Shown: positions 63,580-64,000 of the stretch, in pieces
How the letters are laid out: every line of letters starts with the position of its first letter
How positions within the stretch are numbered: position 1 is the first letter of the stretch
NCBI GenBank assembly: GCA_973895155.1
Contig: OZ316893.1
Coordinates: 10,855,660-10,919,659, forward strand
Direction: 5' to 3'
Source: Marsupella aquatica
Taxonomy: Eukaryota > Plantae > Marchantiophyta
DNA: 64,000 nt
Notes under the pieces: model-generated
What the model was told of the DNA's origin: nothing
Databases searched by the model: none
Seen by the model: the letters and a program-made list of their open reading frames with translations, nothing else
Program-made: the position numbers and the translations under genes

Positions 63580-63878
63580 AGTCCCCATGCTCATTCCTAT
63601 TCACAAGCGTACACTAAATATCAGTCATAGCAGTCCCCATGCTCATTCCTATTCACAAACATAAACTAGATATCATTTGTTTTTCAGTCATAGCAGTCCC
63701 CATGCTCATTCCTATTTACAAACATAAACTAAATATCATTTGTTTTTCAGTCATAGCAGTCCCCACGCTCATTTCTATTCACAAACATAAACTAAATATC
63801 ATTTGTTTTTCAGTCATAGCAGTCCCCACGCTCATTTCTATTCACAAACATAAACTAAATATCATTTGTTTTTGTCAG
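63580..63878. repeat. 63-bp tandem repeat, about 4.5 copies
   Basis: CAGTCCCCA(T/C)GCTCATT(C/T)CTATTCACAAACATAAACTAAATATCATTTGTTTTTCAGTCATAG at 63631, 63694, 63757 and 63820. Confidence 0.95.
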
Positions 63879-64000
63879 AAGAAATATTTTGACCTATGGT
63901 TTCACTTCACAGAGTAGATCATGAACAGTAGACTTCGTAGTGAATTAAATATAAATATATTTTATAAATGCATTTAACAGTATATCCCTAATGAATGCAT

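Noticed and set aside
63639-63917. 92-aa ORF with 21-aa repeats
   Set aside because: A by-product of the 63-bp tandem repeat.

Overview
Intron-rich land-plant genomic DNA, probably a non-seed plant (inference from gene structure, protein divergence and a CRE-type retroelement). Five intact conserved genes are present: GH35 beta-galactosidase (-, 18 exons), Mpv17/PMP22-family protein (-), PASTICCINO1 FKBP-TPR immunophilin (+), AT74-like phosphoglycerate-mutase-family protein (+) and an FLD/LDL1-type histone demethylase (+). Between them lie TE-derived tracts: a PMD-like ORF bracketed by inverted repeat arrays, a TA-flanked MITE, two same-family solo LTRs with intact 5-bp TSDs, a CRE-clade LINE remnant, captured CML and BBR/BPC gene fragments, and a decayed copy of part of the beta-galactosidase gene. 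The standout is an unannotated spliced gene at about 37775-40875 (-). It encodes a ~670-aa protein with two transmembrane helices and a Cys-rich, N-glycosylated ectodomain, and its motifs at both membrane boundaries resemble DEG/ENaC/ASIC channels, a family not regarded as present in land plants. All family assignments are by eye; no database searches were run.
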